Positions 20,301-29,453 of a stretch of DNA of 64,000 nt are shown here, in pieces. Origin of the DNA: Deltaproteobacteria bacterium. GTDB lineage: Bacteria; Desulfobacterota; GWC2-55-46. The stretch is from positions 751,433 to 815,432 of the forward strand of contig JAIOIE010000018.1 of the NCBI GenBank assembly GCA_019912665.1, written 5' to 3'. The stretch's first letter is position 1, and every line of letters starts with the position of its first letter. A program made the position numbers and the translations under genes. The notes below the pieces were generated by a model. It was not told where the DNA came from. It made no database searches and worked only from the letters and a program-made list of their open reading frames with translations.

Positions 20301-20408
20301 GTAAAGCGTATACTCCGGAAATACGGCTATCCACCAGATATGCAGGAGAAGGCGACAAAAACCGTTTTGGAGCAGGCGGAGCTTCTTGGCGCTAACTGGG
20401 CAGCGTAA
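17334..20408 (+). CDS. hsdR: Type I restriction enzyme R subunit HsdR
   Basis: N-terminal HsdR_N region. Helicase motifs GSGKS and DEAH-equivalent ADEAHRSQ are present. Length 1024 aa. Confidence 0.9.
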   Translation: MTLSRITESTTEEATLDWFNELGYSILSGPDIAPGEPLAERSGYGDVVLEGRLRSALSRINAAIPSEAIEDAIRKLLRAVHESPLLYINNHRFHKVLTDGIDIEYKNSEGRIVGDKVWLIDFNNPGNNDWLAVNQFTVVEGQSNRRPDVVVFINGLPLGVIELKNPADENATIKNAFNQLQTYKNEIPSLFSYNEILIVSDGLEARTGTLTADWEWFMPWRTIEGEDLAPKGMPELEVLIKGIFDKSRFLDILRYFVVFETDGALVIKKMAAYHQFHAVNRAVDCTLTAASPRGDRRVGVVWHTQGSGKSLTMTFYAGKIIQRHEMENPTLIVLTDRNDLDDQLFGTFSRCLSLLRQTPVQSRSREHLKELLSVASGGVVFTTIQKFLPEKGLDYLRLSDRSNIIVIADEAHRSQYDFIDGFARHMRDAVPKASFIGFTGTPIEADDRNTPAVFGNYISIYDIQRAVEDGATVRIYYEARLAKLELKAEELPRIDPEFEEITEGEEEATKEKLKRKWAQFEAMVGTEKRIGLVAEDIVEHFESRLEAMDGKGMVVCMSRRICIDLYNAIVKLRPEWHSEDDDRGFLKIVMTGSASDPADWQSHIRNKARRESMAKNFKKPDNPFKLVIVRDMWLTGFDAPCLHTMYIDKPMRGHGLMQAIARVNRVFKDKPGGLAVDYLGIADELKKALSNYTEKDRDITGIPQEEAVAVMLEKFEIVSAILHGFDYSGFLKGAPSEKLTTVKEALEHILALEDGKNRFMQAVTELSRAFALSVPHEKAMAIRNDVGFFQALRGAFAKNTVTDGKSPEMLDSAIRQIVSKAVASGEVIDIFSSAGLKRPDISILSDEFLEEVRNMPQRNLALELLKKLLNDEIKARSKKNLVQARSFAEMLEETVRRYQNRAIEAAQVITELIDLAKDMREAHKRGEKLNLTEEEAAFYDALETNDSAVHVLGDEKLKIIARELVETVKRNATIDWTVKESVKAKLRTMVKRILRKYGYPPDMQEKATKTVLEQAELLGANWAA

Positions 20409-20493
20409 GTAAAGCGATAGTGGACGGCACAGGATTGGATTGCGGTTTTCAAAAGGGGTAATACACTGGGGAAGCGCATGAAAACAGTTTAAA

Positions 20494-20670
20494 ATGACCT
20501 TCTGTCCATGCGGAAGTGTTAAGAAGTTTAAGAAATGCTGTATGTCTGGACAGGCCAGCAGGTCTGGGCTCCCTGGGATGCAGGAAATCACAGATGAAAT
20601 TAAGAAGGAATTCGTGACCACCCTGCAGGCTCTCTCGCCGAGACTCAGGTGGTTGCCAATCGCTTCATAG
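20494..20670 (+). CDS. Small SEC-C-motif (CPCGS..KKFKKCC) zinc-binding protein, 58 aa
   Basis: Metal-binding motif CPCGSVKKFKKCC at the N-terminus. Short, so coding status is uncertain. Confidence 0.35.
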   Translation: MTFCPCGSVKKFKKCCMSGQASRSGLPGMQEITDEIKKEFVTTLQALSPRLRWLPIAS

Positions 20671-20707
20671 ACGCGTAGGAACAGATCTGACTTGTTGAAT
20701 TCTCGGA

Positions 20708-22525
20708 TTGTCACCTGAGCAGATGCTAAAGTTTCTGGGTGTTTTTTCTTATAGGAGGCTGTTGATGGCTATTGATATAAATTGGTTTTTGATGACGGAT
20801 ATAAAAAAACGTTCTTTAATCAAGGCATCCTGGACTCCGTTATGCGCGTATGATGAACATACAATAAATGGAGAACCTGGCCATATTGGATATGAGAGAG
20901 AATATTTTGGATCGGTTGGTCTTATTTTCCCTATTGATCAGGCACGAGAAGCATTCTTGCTTCAATGGGATGAAGTTATCCCAAAATGGGGGCATAAGCC
21001 TTGCGTTGAAAACGGGAAATATTTTCCTGCGGATGTTTATTCTTTTTGCAATGGCTTGCTAGGTACCTATCCTGTATTACAACAGTCATTTGATAGCGGT
21101 GAGCCTTGTGTATGGCATCTGTCGCAAGACATCATTTTAGGGCTTGGATTATTACGTGAAAGAGATGGCTGGGTTCGTCCCCAAGAAGACTATTTGGAAG
21201 TTGCTCGGCTTAAGCGCATTCAGGAAGGAAAGCCTGTGCGCTTTGAAATACGAACGGAGCATCTCCGCGATTTTCTTTGCGCCAGGGAATCCGGGATATT
21301 AATTGTCACATATCATTTGAGAGAAATAATCGTGGACTCTGCACCAGATTTTGGGTGGAAGAACGGAATCGCAAATGAGACTGGAGAAAATTATCATTGG
21401 AATGGACATATTCATCCTATTCACGAAGGTGGATTCCCATTCGGAGAAAAGATAGCAGTCTTCCACATGGGTAGAACTAATATCGATCCTAATGACGATA
21501 TACCGACCTTTGGCATGCCTGGAGAAGATGAATACAAGTCGAGCTCTTGGGTAAGGACGCCTACTGGTCGGCAGCTTTTTAGCATTACGGGTGAAATGTG
21601 GAGGACCGAATGGATTCCTCCATTAGAGACTAGTCCTCGGGTCAGAGGTGATAAGGAAGAGTCACACATATCGTTTCAGATCGACAGTGCTGGAACCACT
21701 TTAGCTGGTAAGAAGCTTTATGACCATAGAGGATGGATCTGGTTCAAGCCATCAATAATTCGCACTCTGCTGGAAAAGCGAAACGGGGTTCTCGAATGGT
21801 ATACCGATGAGACTGGTTGTGTTGGCCCTGCTCCTAATATGGGAGTACATTTTGGTGTCAACGAGCTTGGCTTAATTAATGTATTGGCAAAGGATATAGC
21901 CTCATTACCAACTATCTATCAGCGCGTATGGGTGGCACACAATATACCTCCTGACGGCCGAGTTTCAAAAGAATTACTAAAGTCGCAGATGGAGGCGGAA
22001 CCAGCCGATACAAAAGCTCCGGAAGTCATACTAAAAAAGGCGATTGAACATCTTCAGAAAGCGTCCACTTATTTTCTTGGTCGGCCCATGCTCAAAGAGC
22101 ATCACATTTCAACGAAAATCGATCGTGAAATTCATAGATTCCATGGACAGAGCATGGAAGGCTTGTTTTTTCTTTGCAAAGAGTTGACAAGGTTAATAGT
22201 AGAGCGAATAGATGTCGATTTATTAAAGGAGCTTGACCCCGCTGCTGACAAAAAATTAGGCTCTATTAAGCGGCTGGAATATTTCCTTAATTCTAAAGGT
22301 TTTGAAGGACGTAAAATCATGGCAGCACTGGCTGGTGTTTACGACTTACGTATAGGGGACTCTCATTTGCCTTCTACAGAGATTACGGAATCTTTGAAAC
22401 TGCTGGGCATTGGAGACACTGGTGATTACCAGAAAATGGCGAAACAAATAATTCTTTCCGTTGCGTATTCTATAGGGACAATAGGAGATATCATAATAAA
22501 GTCTAGCAAAGACAATAGGGCTTAG
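20708..22525 (+). CDS. Hypothetical 605-aa protein at the island edge, no recognisable domains
   Basis: Long ORF with lower GC than the core. The start may be the internal ATG at codon 20. Confidence 0.5.
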   Translation: MSPEQMLKFLGVFSYRRLLMAIDINWFLMTDIKKRSLIKASWTPLCAYDEHTINGEPGHIGYEREYFGSVGLIFPIDQAREAFLLQWDEVIPKWGHKPCVENGKYFPADVYSFCNGLLGTYPVLQQSFDSGEPCVWHLSQDIILGLGLLRERDGWVRPQEDYLEVARLKRIQEGKPVRFEIRTEHLRDFLCARESGILIVTYHLREIIVDSAPDFGWKNGIANETGENYHWNGHIHPIHEGGFPFGEKIAVFHMGRTNIDPNDDIPTFGMPGEDEYKSSSWVRTPTGRQLFSITGEMWRTEWIPPLETSPRVRGDKEESHISFQIDSAGTTLAGKKLYDHRGWIWFKPSIIRTLLEKRNGVLEWYTDETGCVGPAPNMGVHFGVNELGLINVLAKDIASLPTIYQRVWVAHNIPPDGRVSKELLKSQMEAEPADTKAPEVILKKAIEHLQKASTYFLGRPMLKEHHISTKIDREIHRFHGQSMEGLFFLCKELTRLIVERIDVDLLKELDPAADKKLGSIKRLEYFLNSKGFEGRKIMAALAGVYDLRIGDSHLPSTEITESLKLLGIGDTGDYQKMAKQIILSVAYSIGTIGDIIIKSSKDNRA

Positions 22526-22723
22526 TTGTCTAAAGCCTTATTAGCACCAGGGGATGAATGGACTTCAATTTAATTCTGAGTAGCTATTAGCGTAACCAAA
22601 ACGTAACCGAAATCGTCAAAAAAGGCCTTAAACGGCGGAAAATACGTAAAGGACGGAAGGCCGAAAAACATTTATTTTTCAACTATGTGCAGGTAAAAGG
22701 CCCGGTTATGATTTTTGATTTAA

Positions 22724-22772
22724 CGCGCTCATAACCCGAAGGTCGCAGGTTCAAATCCTGTCCCCGCTACCA
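22724..22772 (+). other. 3' half of a tRNA-fMet gene (anticodon loop CTCATAA to CCA); att-like remnant, not an intact tRNA
   Basis: CGCGCTCATAACCCGAAGGTCGCAGGTTCAAATCCTGTCCCCGCTACCA resembles the initiator tRNA-Met anticodon/T-arm/acceptor 3' strand. No D-arm or 5' acceptor is present upstream. Confidence 0.7.
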
Positions 22773-22779
22773 AATTAAA

Positions 22780-22816
22780 CCCCTGAAATCTAAACGGATT
22801 TCAGGGGTTTTTCTTT
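22780..22816 (+). terminator. Rho-independent terminator hairpin CCCCTGAAATC-taaac-GGATTTCAGGGG followed by a T-run
   Basis: Perfect 11-12 bp stem followed by TTTTTCTTT. Confidence 0.7.
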
Positions 22817-22937
22817 GAAAACTGATTTTCTCTGAATCAACTTGGTTCTGTTTTTAATCTTTAAATAACTAATATAATTTCAAATCCATTTTAACTAAAC
22901 CTATTCAGATAGGTTTAGTATTTACAAAAAATTATTA

Positions 22938-24509
22938 TTGAGTTATAACAGGTTGCCTTTAAATTTTAATTTCTACTTGGAGACGGTGATGAAAAAGAAC
23001 ACGCTATGTCGATTTTTAAAGAAAGCAAGTTTAATCCTTTCCGCGCCTTTCATAGCATTGGGATTTATGGCAACGATGATGGCCGGGTGTGGCGGCGGTG
23101 GCTCTTCAAGCAGTGGCGCAGCTACCGCAACGGGCCTCTTGGTAGATAGCGCCGTTCAAGGGGTAAGCTATGTGTCCGGCGGCCAGTCCGGCGTGACCGG
23201 GGCTGACGGCTCTTTTACATATGAGGTCGGGAACACGATTACATTCTCAATAGGCAATATCGTACTCGGCAATGTAGGTATAGAGCCAAAGGGGATCATG
23301 ACGCCGCTCGATCTGGCGGGAGCAGTAGACGCGACAGACACGGCAGTAGTGAACCTGGCCATTTTTCTTATGACCCTGGACAGCGACCAGGACCCCTCGA
23401 ACGGGATAGAGATCGAACCGGACGTAAGGACCGCCGCCGCCTCCCCATCTGTCACGCAGATAGATTTTTCTACTGCTAACGTGGGTGATCTTACATCCTT
23501 ACTAGGCGTGCTCACATCAAGTCCCGTTGTAAGCGCTGAGGATGCTTTGTCCCATGTGTCTGGCAGCATACTTAATCTCTATGCGGGATCGTACACTGGC
23601 ACATTTGCCGGCGATGATTCAGGGACCTGGAGCGCGACCATCGACTCGGATGGAGTAATAACCGGGACCTTTACCGGAACTAGCAGCGGCACCCTCAGCG
23701 GCAGTATCGACACGAGCGGAAGCATGTTCTTCTCTACCAGCGGGAACACTTCCGAAGGCACTGTATTCAGCGGCACCATTGACATTTCTACCGGTTCGGC
23801 GGCGGGCACCTGGAGTGATGATGAGGACTCCGGGACGTATGCGGGCAATAAAATATCCTCGATTATAGGCTCTTGGTACAGCGGCACGGGTCCTGACGAC
23901 CTGGTCGTACTCACCTTTTTTGAAGACGGGACCTACATGTTCTCCCAAGACGGGAATGCCGCGCAGCATGGAGATGAAGGCCAGGATGGAATGGAGCGCG
24001 GCACGTATGCCTGGGATTCCAGCACCGGAGCCTTCACGGCATCTCCGGCTGTAGACACAAGCGGTGACTGGGGGCTCTCACATCCTCAGGGCACCGTGAC
24101 CGTACAGATCAACGGCAATGTAATGACAATGACCGATTCCGTAGAGGGCATATATACCGCAGTTCGCGTTACAAACGGCAGCGGCTCGATTGTCGGCAGC
24201 TGGTATAATGGCAGCACCTCTCAGACCAATAATCTTGTCATACTGACTTTTTTTGAGGACGGCACCTACATGTTTTCCCAGGACGGGAATGCCGCGCAGC
24301 ACGGAGATGGGGGGCAGGATGGAATGGAACGCGGTACTTATGCCTGGGATTCCGGCACAGGGGCCTTCACGGCGACCCCGGCTGTAGACACAAGCGGTGA
24401 ATGGGGGCTTTCACACCCCGATGGCAGCGTGACGGTGCAGGTCAACGGCAATAATATGACTATGACCGATTCAGGAGGCGGCATTACCGCAACGCGTATC
24501 CTGCCATAG
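22938..24509 (+). CDS. Probable secreted lipoprotein, G/S/T-rich, with two near-identical ~105-aa tandem repeats
   Basis: Signal peptide with lipobox-like MMAGC. The repeats SWY.G....L.ILTFFEDGTYMFSQDGNAAQHGD.GQDGMERGTYAWDS.TGAFTA.PAVDTSG.WGLSHP cover ~23,880-24,500. Confidence 0.6.
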   Translation: MSYNRLPLNFNFYLETVMKKNTLCRFLKKASLILSAPFIALGFMATMMAGCGGGGSSSSGAATATGLLVDSAVQGVSYVSGGQSGVTGADGSFTYEVGNTITFSIGNIVLGNVGIEPKGIMTPLDLAGAVDATDTAVVNLAIFLMTLDSDQDPSNGIEIEPDVRTAAASPSVTQIDFSTANVGDLTSLLGVLTSSPVVSAEDALSHVSGSILNLYAGSYTGTFAGDDSGTWSATIDSDGVITGTFTGTSSGTLSGSIDTSGSMFFSTSGNTSEGTVFSGTIDISTGSAAGTWSDDEDSGTYAGNKISSIIGSWYSGTGPDDLVVLTFFEDGTYMFSQDGNAAQHGDEGQDGMERGTYAWDSSTGAFTASPAVDTSGDWGLSHPQGTVTVQINGNVMTMTDSVEGIYTAVRVTNGSGSIVGSWYNGSTSQTNNLVILTFFEDGTYMFSQDGNAAQHGDGGQDGMERGTYAWDSGTGAFTATPAVDTSGEWGLSHPDGSVTVQVNGNNMTMTDSGGGITATRILP

Positions 24510-24543
24510 CGGTTCAGGTAAATTAAGTTAAGCGGGTTCATAT

Positions 24544-24636
24544 CTGGCACAATAACCAGAGCTCGAGGTTCAACTCCTCTCTCCGCTACCAAATTAAAGC
24601 CCCCTGAACCTTTTGGTCCAGGGGGCTTTTGTAATT
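24544..24636 (+). repeat. Degenerate second copy of the tRNA 3' fragment plus terminator hairpin (direct repeat of 22724-22816)
   Basis: AGGTTCAACTCCTCTCTCCGCTACCAAATTAAAGCCCCCTGAACC...GGTCCAGGGGGCTTTT is alignable to the first copy, including the CCGCTACCAAATTAAA junction. Confidence 0.6.
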
Positions 24637-24720
24637 TCAGGGAGTTATTACAAATGGATGTCGCTGCCTCTATTCTGATTTGTTAGGCTGAGTTCCGCTA
24701 CTCCCTGCCTTCGGCCTTAC

Positions 24721-24954
24721 TTACGAATCGAGCGAGGATTTTCCCGTATCGCCGCGCATGATCCAGGCGAGCAAGCCTTCCTTGTTCTGGCGAAGCGCGT
24801 TCAGAAGCTCTTCGGCTTCCTGCTCCGGCACCTCCTCATTGAATTGAGCGGCATCGGGCAGGTTTTTTACGATCTCGAACCTTTTCAGGAATTCATCTTT
24901 TCTCTCGGGGGCGGCCTCCAGGAGGGCCTTAAGAAAGATGTCGCCGTAGGTCAT
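24721..24954 (-). CDS. Hypothetical small protein (77 aa)
   Basis: ORF only. Confidence 0.3.
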   Translation of the reverse strand: MTYGDIFLKALLEAAPERKDEFLKRFEIVKNLPDAAQFNEEVPEQEAEELLNALRQNKEGLLAWIMRGDTGKSSLDS

Positions 24955-25436
24955 TAAAAGTCTCCTTTGCGGTTTTGGCGCCGGGATTCTTCGCTTTGCT
25001 CAGAATGACAGGCTAAAATAGCTTTTCAGCAATTCGCCGATTGATAACTGAGAATAACACTGCGGCAATGCTTTATCAACGATATCGTAATCGGACTATG
25101 CGCCAGAGGACTGAAAGAAACCGATCGAATTCCCTGCAATAACAGCCGCAAAAAAAGTAACGGAGCGCCCCGGCTGCCGAATCCGCCACTAAAAACAACA
25201 TGATGACTACGGCGTGAGCCGTAATAACCTGTTGCATTTCAGGGCTGGATTTCGTATATTGCTTTAAACGCCATAGCCCGGATTACCTGAATTGTTGGGT
25301 TAAGCTACGCTTGACCCCAACCTGCGAACATACAACAACCAGGGCCGTTCGATGCTGAAGGCCCTGGTCCGTTGAGAAAATCCCCAAAGTAATTGAAGGA
25401 CGACATCCGGGCCGGTAATCGCCAGGAGCAGCAGCA

Positions 25437-27278
25437 TTGAGCCGAAGGTTGATTCGATTCGCTATCATTGCCGCCGTCTTTGTCGCGGGCATACTGGGCG
25501 GCACGTTTCTCTGGGACAGGATAGTTATTCCCTTCGAGAACCCCTGGGGCGTTATGGGTCCCCTGACCTTAATCTCCTACAACCCGGCCAACAACGTCGT
25601 CAGATTCCTTGTTTTCGTCTTCTGTCCGCTCCTCCTGCTGGGGGCCGCATACCTGCTCTCGCCCGGGCGGGTGCGGGGCCTTCTCTTTACGTCTTCGCTC
25701 CCGGAAGACAGCGTTCATGGAAGGGGCGGCCGGGGGGCGTTCCTGTTCCTGATGGTCTTTTCGGTGCTGCTTGCTATCTTCCATCCTTTTAACTACTACG
25801 GCAAACTCGACACCTTCCACGAGGGGGAGACCCTCGGTGCTGCGGTCGCATACGAGGCGGGGCAGGACCCGTACGAGGACTACATATCCGCCCACGGCGT
25901 GTACCAGGACACCCTGCGCCCCCTTATCGCGTTCAAGCTCTTCGGGCGCTCGATAAGCGCGGCGCGCACTTACGAGGGGCTTCACGACATCCTTTCCTTC
26001 TCGCTCCTCGGGCTGGTCGCATGGAGGCTCTTTTCGGGCAATGTCGCCTTTGCCTTCGCCGCCGTGCTCCTCGCCTCCGTTTACGTATTCGTGGAGCCCT
26101 CGCACGTCCTCATACCGCCACTCCTCGTATGGAGGCAGGCCCTGACTCTCTCCTTCATCCTGGCCGCCCTTTCATTGAACTCGCGGATGCGCAGGGGCGA
26201 GAAGGATGGCGCAGGCCTCTTCACGGCCGGTTTTCTCTTCACCTTCATACCGATAGCCTCTTTCCTCTGCTCGATCGACAGGGCGTTCTACATAACGGCG
26301 GCATGCGCCGTCCTGCTGCCGTTCCTCTATTTTTTCGGGTTCAGGAGGTCAAGGGCCTTTCTGGCGTCCACGGGATTCGGGGTCCTCGCCGGAGCCGTTC
26401 TGCTCGTCGCCACGCTCCAGTCCGGCATCGACGACTTCTTCGAGTTCGTATTCCTGATAATGCCGAGATACAAGGAACTGATGGACGGGCTGGTCTTTCC
26501 CTTCAAGATGCCTTCGGCGTACCTCCTGTGCGTCCTTTTGGCCTTGAACGCGTTCTGGGTTGCGTGGAAATTCTTCGGCTGCTTGCGCGTCCACGGGAAG
26601 AAAGCGCCGGGGGTCTTCTTCAGGAATAATTTCGCCGGGGTCCTGCTCCTTCTCATCTCACTGGCCGCGTTCAGGGGCGCGCTCGGCAGGGCCGATCTGC
26701 CGCATATAGCGTACAGCTCGTACTTCGCCTACCTGCTCCTGATCTATCTTATCTTCACCGCCCTGGCCGCGACTATGCGTGAAAGGATCGGCATGTGGCG
26801 GGGCTTGAGCACCGGGGCTGTCGTCCTGGCCGCCGCGGTCTCCGCCTTCGGAGTTTACAAAATATACTCCTACGACCTCCTGAGCCACAAATTCCCCTTG
26901 CATGTAAGCGACTCCGAGCTGATACCGGACAGCTATGAAGAGGCGATAGAATACCTCGATGACAATCTCGGCCCGGACGAGTACTTCTTCACCCTAACAA
27001 ATGAGGGTATCTGGTATTATTTCCTCGACAGGCCCGCCCCCACGCGCTTCCATCTTGTATGGTTCGCCATGCCCCGCTTTTATCAAAAGGAGATAGTAGA
27101 GGACCTTAAGGAAAAAGATGTAGAGTTCATTATCGTGTCTAATTCCAACTGGTCCAGCAGGATAGACCTGATAAGCAGCATGAAAAGGCTTCCGATAGTC
27201 AGGAAATACATTCTCAAGAATTACGAATACCACGTTGAGATAGACGGCCACGAGATCTGGAGGAGAAAGGATTCTTGA
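25437..27278 (+). CDS. Polytopic integral membrane protein (about 12 TM helices) with a C-terminal soluble domain; TTG start uncertain
   Basis: Many hydrophobic helices. The C-terminal ~130 aa are hydrophilic. Confidence 0.55.
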   Translation: MSRRLIRFAIIAAVFVAGILGGTFLWDRIVIPFENPWGVMGPLTLISYNPANNVVRFLVFVFCPLLLLGAAYLLSPGRVRGLLFTSSLPEDSVHGRGGRGAFLFLMVFSVLLAIFHPFNYYGKLDTFHEGETLGAAVAYEAGQDPYEDYISAHGVYQDTLRPLIAFKLFGRSISAARTYEGLHDILSFSLLGLVAWRLFSGNVAFAFAAVLLASVYVFVEPSHVLIPPLLVWRQALTLSFILAALSLNSRMRRGEKDGAGLFTAGFLFTFIPIASFLCSIDRAFYITAACAVLLPFLYFFGFRRSRAFLASTGFGVLAGAVLLVATLQSGIDDFFEFVFLIMPRYKELMDGLVFPFKMPSAYLLCVLLALNAFWVAWKFFGCLRVHGKKAPGVFFRNNFAGVLLLLISLAAFRGALGRADLPHIAYSSYFAYLLLIYLIFTALAATMRERIGMWRGLSTGAVVLAAAVSAFGVYKIYSYDLLSHKFPLHVSDSELIPDSYEEAIEYLDDNLGPDEYFFTLTNEGIWYYFLDRPAPTRFHLVWFAMPRFYQKEIVEDLKEKDVEFIIVSNSNWSSRIDLISSMKRLPIVRKYILKNYEYHVEIDGHEIWRRKDS

Positions 27279-27508
27279 CGGGATTTTTAACCAGCCGGCG
27301 GGCTGTGAAGAGGTGCCCCTCCTCAGAAAGAGCTTACTTGCTTAATTCCCGAAGAGGATGAAGACTGCGAGGGGCGGTGCGAGTGATGGTTTTGCATTCG
27401 GATTCTAAAAAAAACAATTTAAAAATGCATTCCAGCGAGCCACTACCAAACTACCCCCTTAAATCCGCTGTAGTTACAATTTAAACCCGAACAGAAAGGA
27501 TTTCTCAT

Positions 27509-27979
27509 ATGGAGTCCGAGAAACCTCTTCGCGTGAGGCACTGCTATGTCCAGTCCATTTCCGCGCCTCCCGAAAAGGTGTTTCCGCTTTTGTGCCCTGT
27601 CCTGGAAGAAAAATGGGTGCCGGGCTGGGCGCCCATGAAGGTGATCACTGAATCAGGCTTTGCCGAAAAGGACTGCGTCTTCATCACGCCGGGAACGCCG
27701 CGCCCCTCCATATGGGTCGTCACGAAGCACGACCCCGTGGATTTCGCCCTTGAGATGTACAAGATCACCCCCGAACATACGGTCGGGAAGCTGGAGATAA
27801 ATCTAAAGCCGAACGGCACCGGCACAGAGGCGCGCGTCTCCTATGATTACACGGCAATAGGCAAGGAGGGCGAAGGCTTTCTCGCGGGTTTTACGACCGA
27901 GTGGTATCTTGAGTTCATGAAGCGCTGGGAAAAGGCGATGAACCATTTCCTGCTGACCGGCAGCAAGATCAGCGGCTGA
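27509..27979 (+). CDS. SRPBCC-like (START/Bet v1 fold) hypothetical protein
   Basis: Size and pattern only. Weak. Confidence 0.35.
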   Translation: MESEKPLRVRHCYVQSISAPPEKVFPLLCPVLEEKWVPGWAPMKVITESGFAEKDCVFITPGTPRPSIWVVTKHDPVDFALEMYKITPEHTVGKLEINLKPNGTGTEARVSYDYTAIGKEGEGFLAGFTTEWYLEFMKRWEKAMNHFLLTGSKISG

Positions 27980-28003
27980 TTTTTCCTATTTCCCGCTCGG
28001 ATT

Positions 28004-28040
28004 AAAAAGGGGTTACGGCTTTGCCGTAACCCCTTTTTTT
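28004..28040. terminator. Bidirectional rho-independent terminator (AAAAA-GGGGTTACGG-cttt-CCGTAACCCC-TTTTTTT)
   Basis: Perfect 10-bp stem flanked by an A-run and a T-run, sitting between convergent genes. Confidence 0.8.
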
Positions 28041-28048
28041 AAGCGCCT

Positions 28049-28594
28049 CTAATGCCCTCGGTGCTCCCGTCTTTCCTTTTCCATTTCCCGGTGGTGCTCC
28101 CTTCTGTCCTTCTCCTTTTCTCTCCGCTCTTCCCTTATATCCTTTTCACGTTCACGCCGTTCTTCCCTTACCTTGCTCGCGCGCTCCCACCTCTTCTCTT
28201 TTTCCCACTGTCGCCAGTGCTTCTTTAGCTGGCCGTAGGGTATCCTCTCGTGGCCGGGAGGGACGCGCCTGTAATCCGGGGGGAGCTTCAGGAGCACCCT
28301 GGGGACGCTTCCTATCTCTATTACGACCCAGGGGTCGCCGAACTCCACGGCCCTGTACCACCCGCCCCTGTGCGGCCTCCACCAGTAGCCGCCGTAGAAG
28401 AAGACGTCGTCTATATCAGGGGCGAAATATATGTAAGTGCCGGGGATGACGACAACGGCCGGAGGGGCCTTGACCACTATGGCCGGCGGCGGCGCGTTTA
28501 TGCCTATGTTTATATTTATTTCCGACAGGGCTGCGGAAGGGGCGAACAGCAGGGCTATTCCGGCGGTTGCGAGCGCAAGCGATAGTCTTTTCAT
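28049..28594 (-). CDS. Secreted protein with a W/Y-rich core and an Arg/Glu-rich C-terminal tail
   Basis: Signal peptide MKRLSLALATAGIALLFAPSAALS. The tail is REERREREKDIREERREKEKDRREHHREMEKERREHRGH. Confidence 0.5.
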   Translation of the reverse strand: MKRLSLALATAGIALLFAPSAALSEININIGINAPPPAIVVKAPPAVVVIPGTYIYFAPDIDDVFFYGGYWWRPHRGGWYRAVEFGDPWVVIEIGSVPRVLLKLPPDYRRVPPGHERIPYGQLKKHWRQWEKEKRWERASKVREERREREKDIREERREKEKDRREHHREMEKERREHRGH

Positions 28595-28756
28595 CCATGC
28601 CTCTCAGGGTTTATTTTTGTGAAGAATATACCAGCTCGGAATACCACAATTCTGTATCAAAAGCTACATCGGGCGGTCTGGAACGAATTCTTTTCCCTGC
28701 GGGAAAGGTTTTTAGCAAGGGGGTAAGCGGGCGGCAGACCAGGTAGTTTTCTGAAA

Positions 28757-29440
28757 CTATTCCCCGGCAGAGGGCTGGAACGGGGCCCCAATTATCCAGC
28801 CGTTCTCCCTCGCGCTGAAATGCCTGTTCGCGCCTATTATGATGTGGTCGTGCACTATGAGGTTTACGGCCAGGGCCGCGCCGTCGAGCTCGCGAATGAG
28901 GCGCACGTCTTCCATCGACGGCGTGAAATCCCCGCTCGGATGATTATGGGCGAATACCACCGAGCGCGCGTTATGGAGAAAGGCCCTCTCTATCGCCTTT
29001 CTCGGATACACCGCGCCCCTGCTTACGGCCCCCTCGTGCAGGGTCTCGACGGCCAGGACCTCGTTTTTCGAGTTCATGTATATGGCGACGAACTTCTCAA
29101 CCCGTTCGGCGGAAAGGCTGAACTTCAGATAAGCAAGGACGTCCTTCTTGCACCTTATGGCGTCCCTTCCGACTATCTTCTCTCTCAGGATGCCCGAGGC
29201 GAGGTTCCTTATGGCTACTATGAGGCAGGCGGGCTTTTCGCCGAGCCTGCCGAGCTCGATGAGCTGCTCAAATGACGCGCCGAAGACCCCCCGCACGCCG
29301 CCAAACTTCTTGATTAGCGGCTCCACGGTCTTCTCATCGCCCTTCCCGAATCCGGAAAGCTGAAAGACGACCTCCAGCATCTCGCCGCTTTTCAGGCCTT
29401 CTGGATTTTCCTTGAATCTTTCAACGAGGCTCTTCATCAA
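28757..29440 (-). CDS. radC: RadC-like JAB/MPN domain protein
   Basis: JAMM-like motif HNHPSGDFTPSMEDVRLIREL is present. Confidence 0.8.
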   Translation of the reverse strand: MMKSLVERFKENPEGLKSGEMLEVVFQLSGFGKGDEKTVEPLIKKFGGVRGVFGASFEQLIELGRLGEKPACLIVAIRNLASGILREKIVGRDAIRCKKDVLAYLKFSLSAERVEKFVAIYMNSKNEVLAVETLHEGAVSRGAVYPRKAIERAFLHNARSVVFAHNHPSGDFTPSMEDVRLIRELDGAALAVNLIVHDHIIIGANRHFSARENGWIIGAPFQPSAGE

Positions 29441-29453
29441 CTGCTTCTGTGAA

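Noticed and set aside
22690-22772. Possible intact tRNA-Met gene
   Set aside because: Only the anticodon-loop-to-CCA half is present. No D-arm or 5' acceptor strand pairs with CCCCGCT, so it is an att-type fragment and not a gene.
25283-25504. 73-codon minus-strand ORF in the 480-bp gap
   Set aside because: It overlaps the start of the membrane-protein gene on the opposite strand and has no support.
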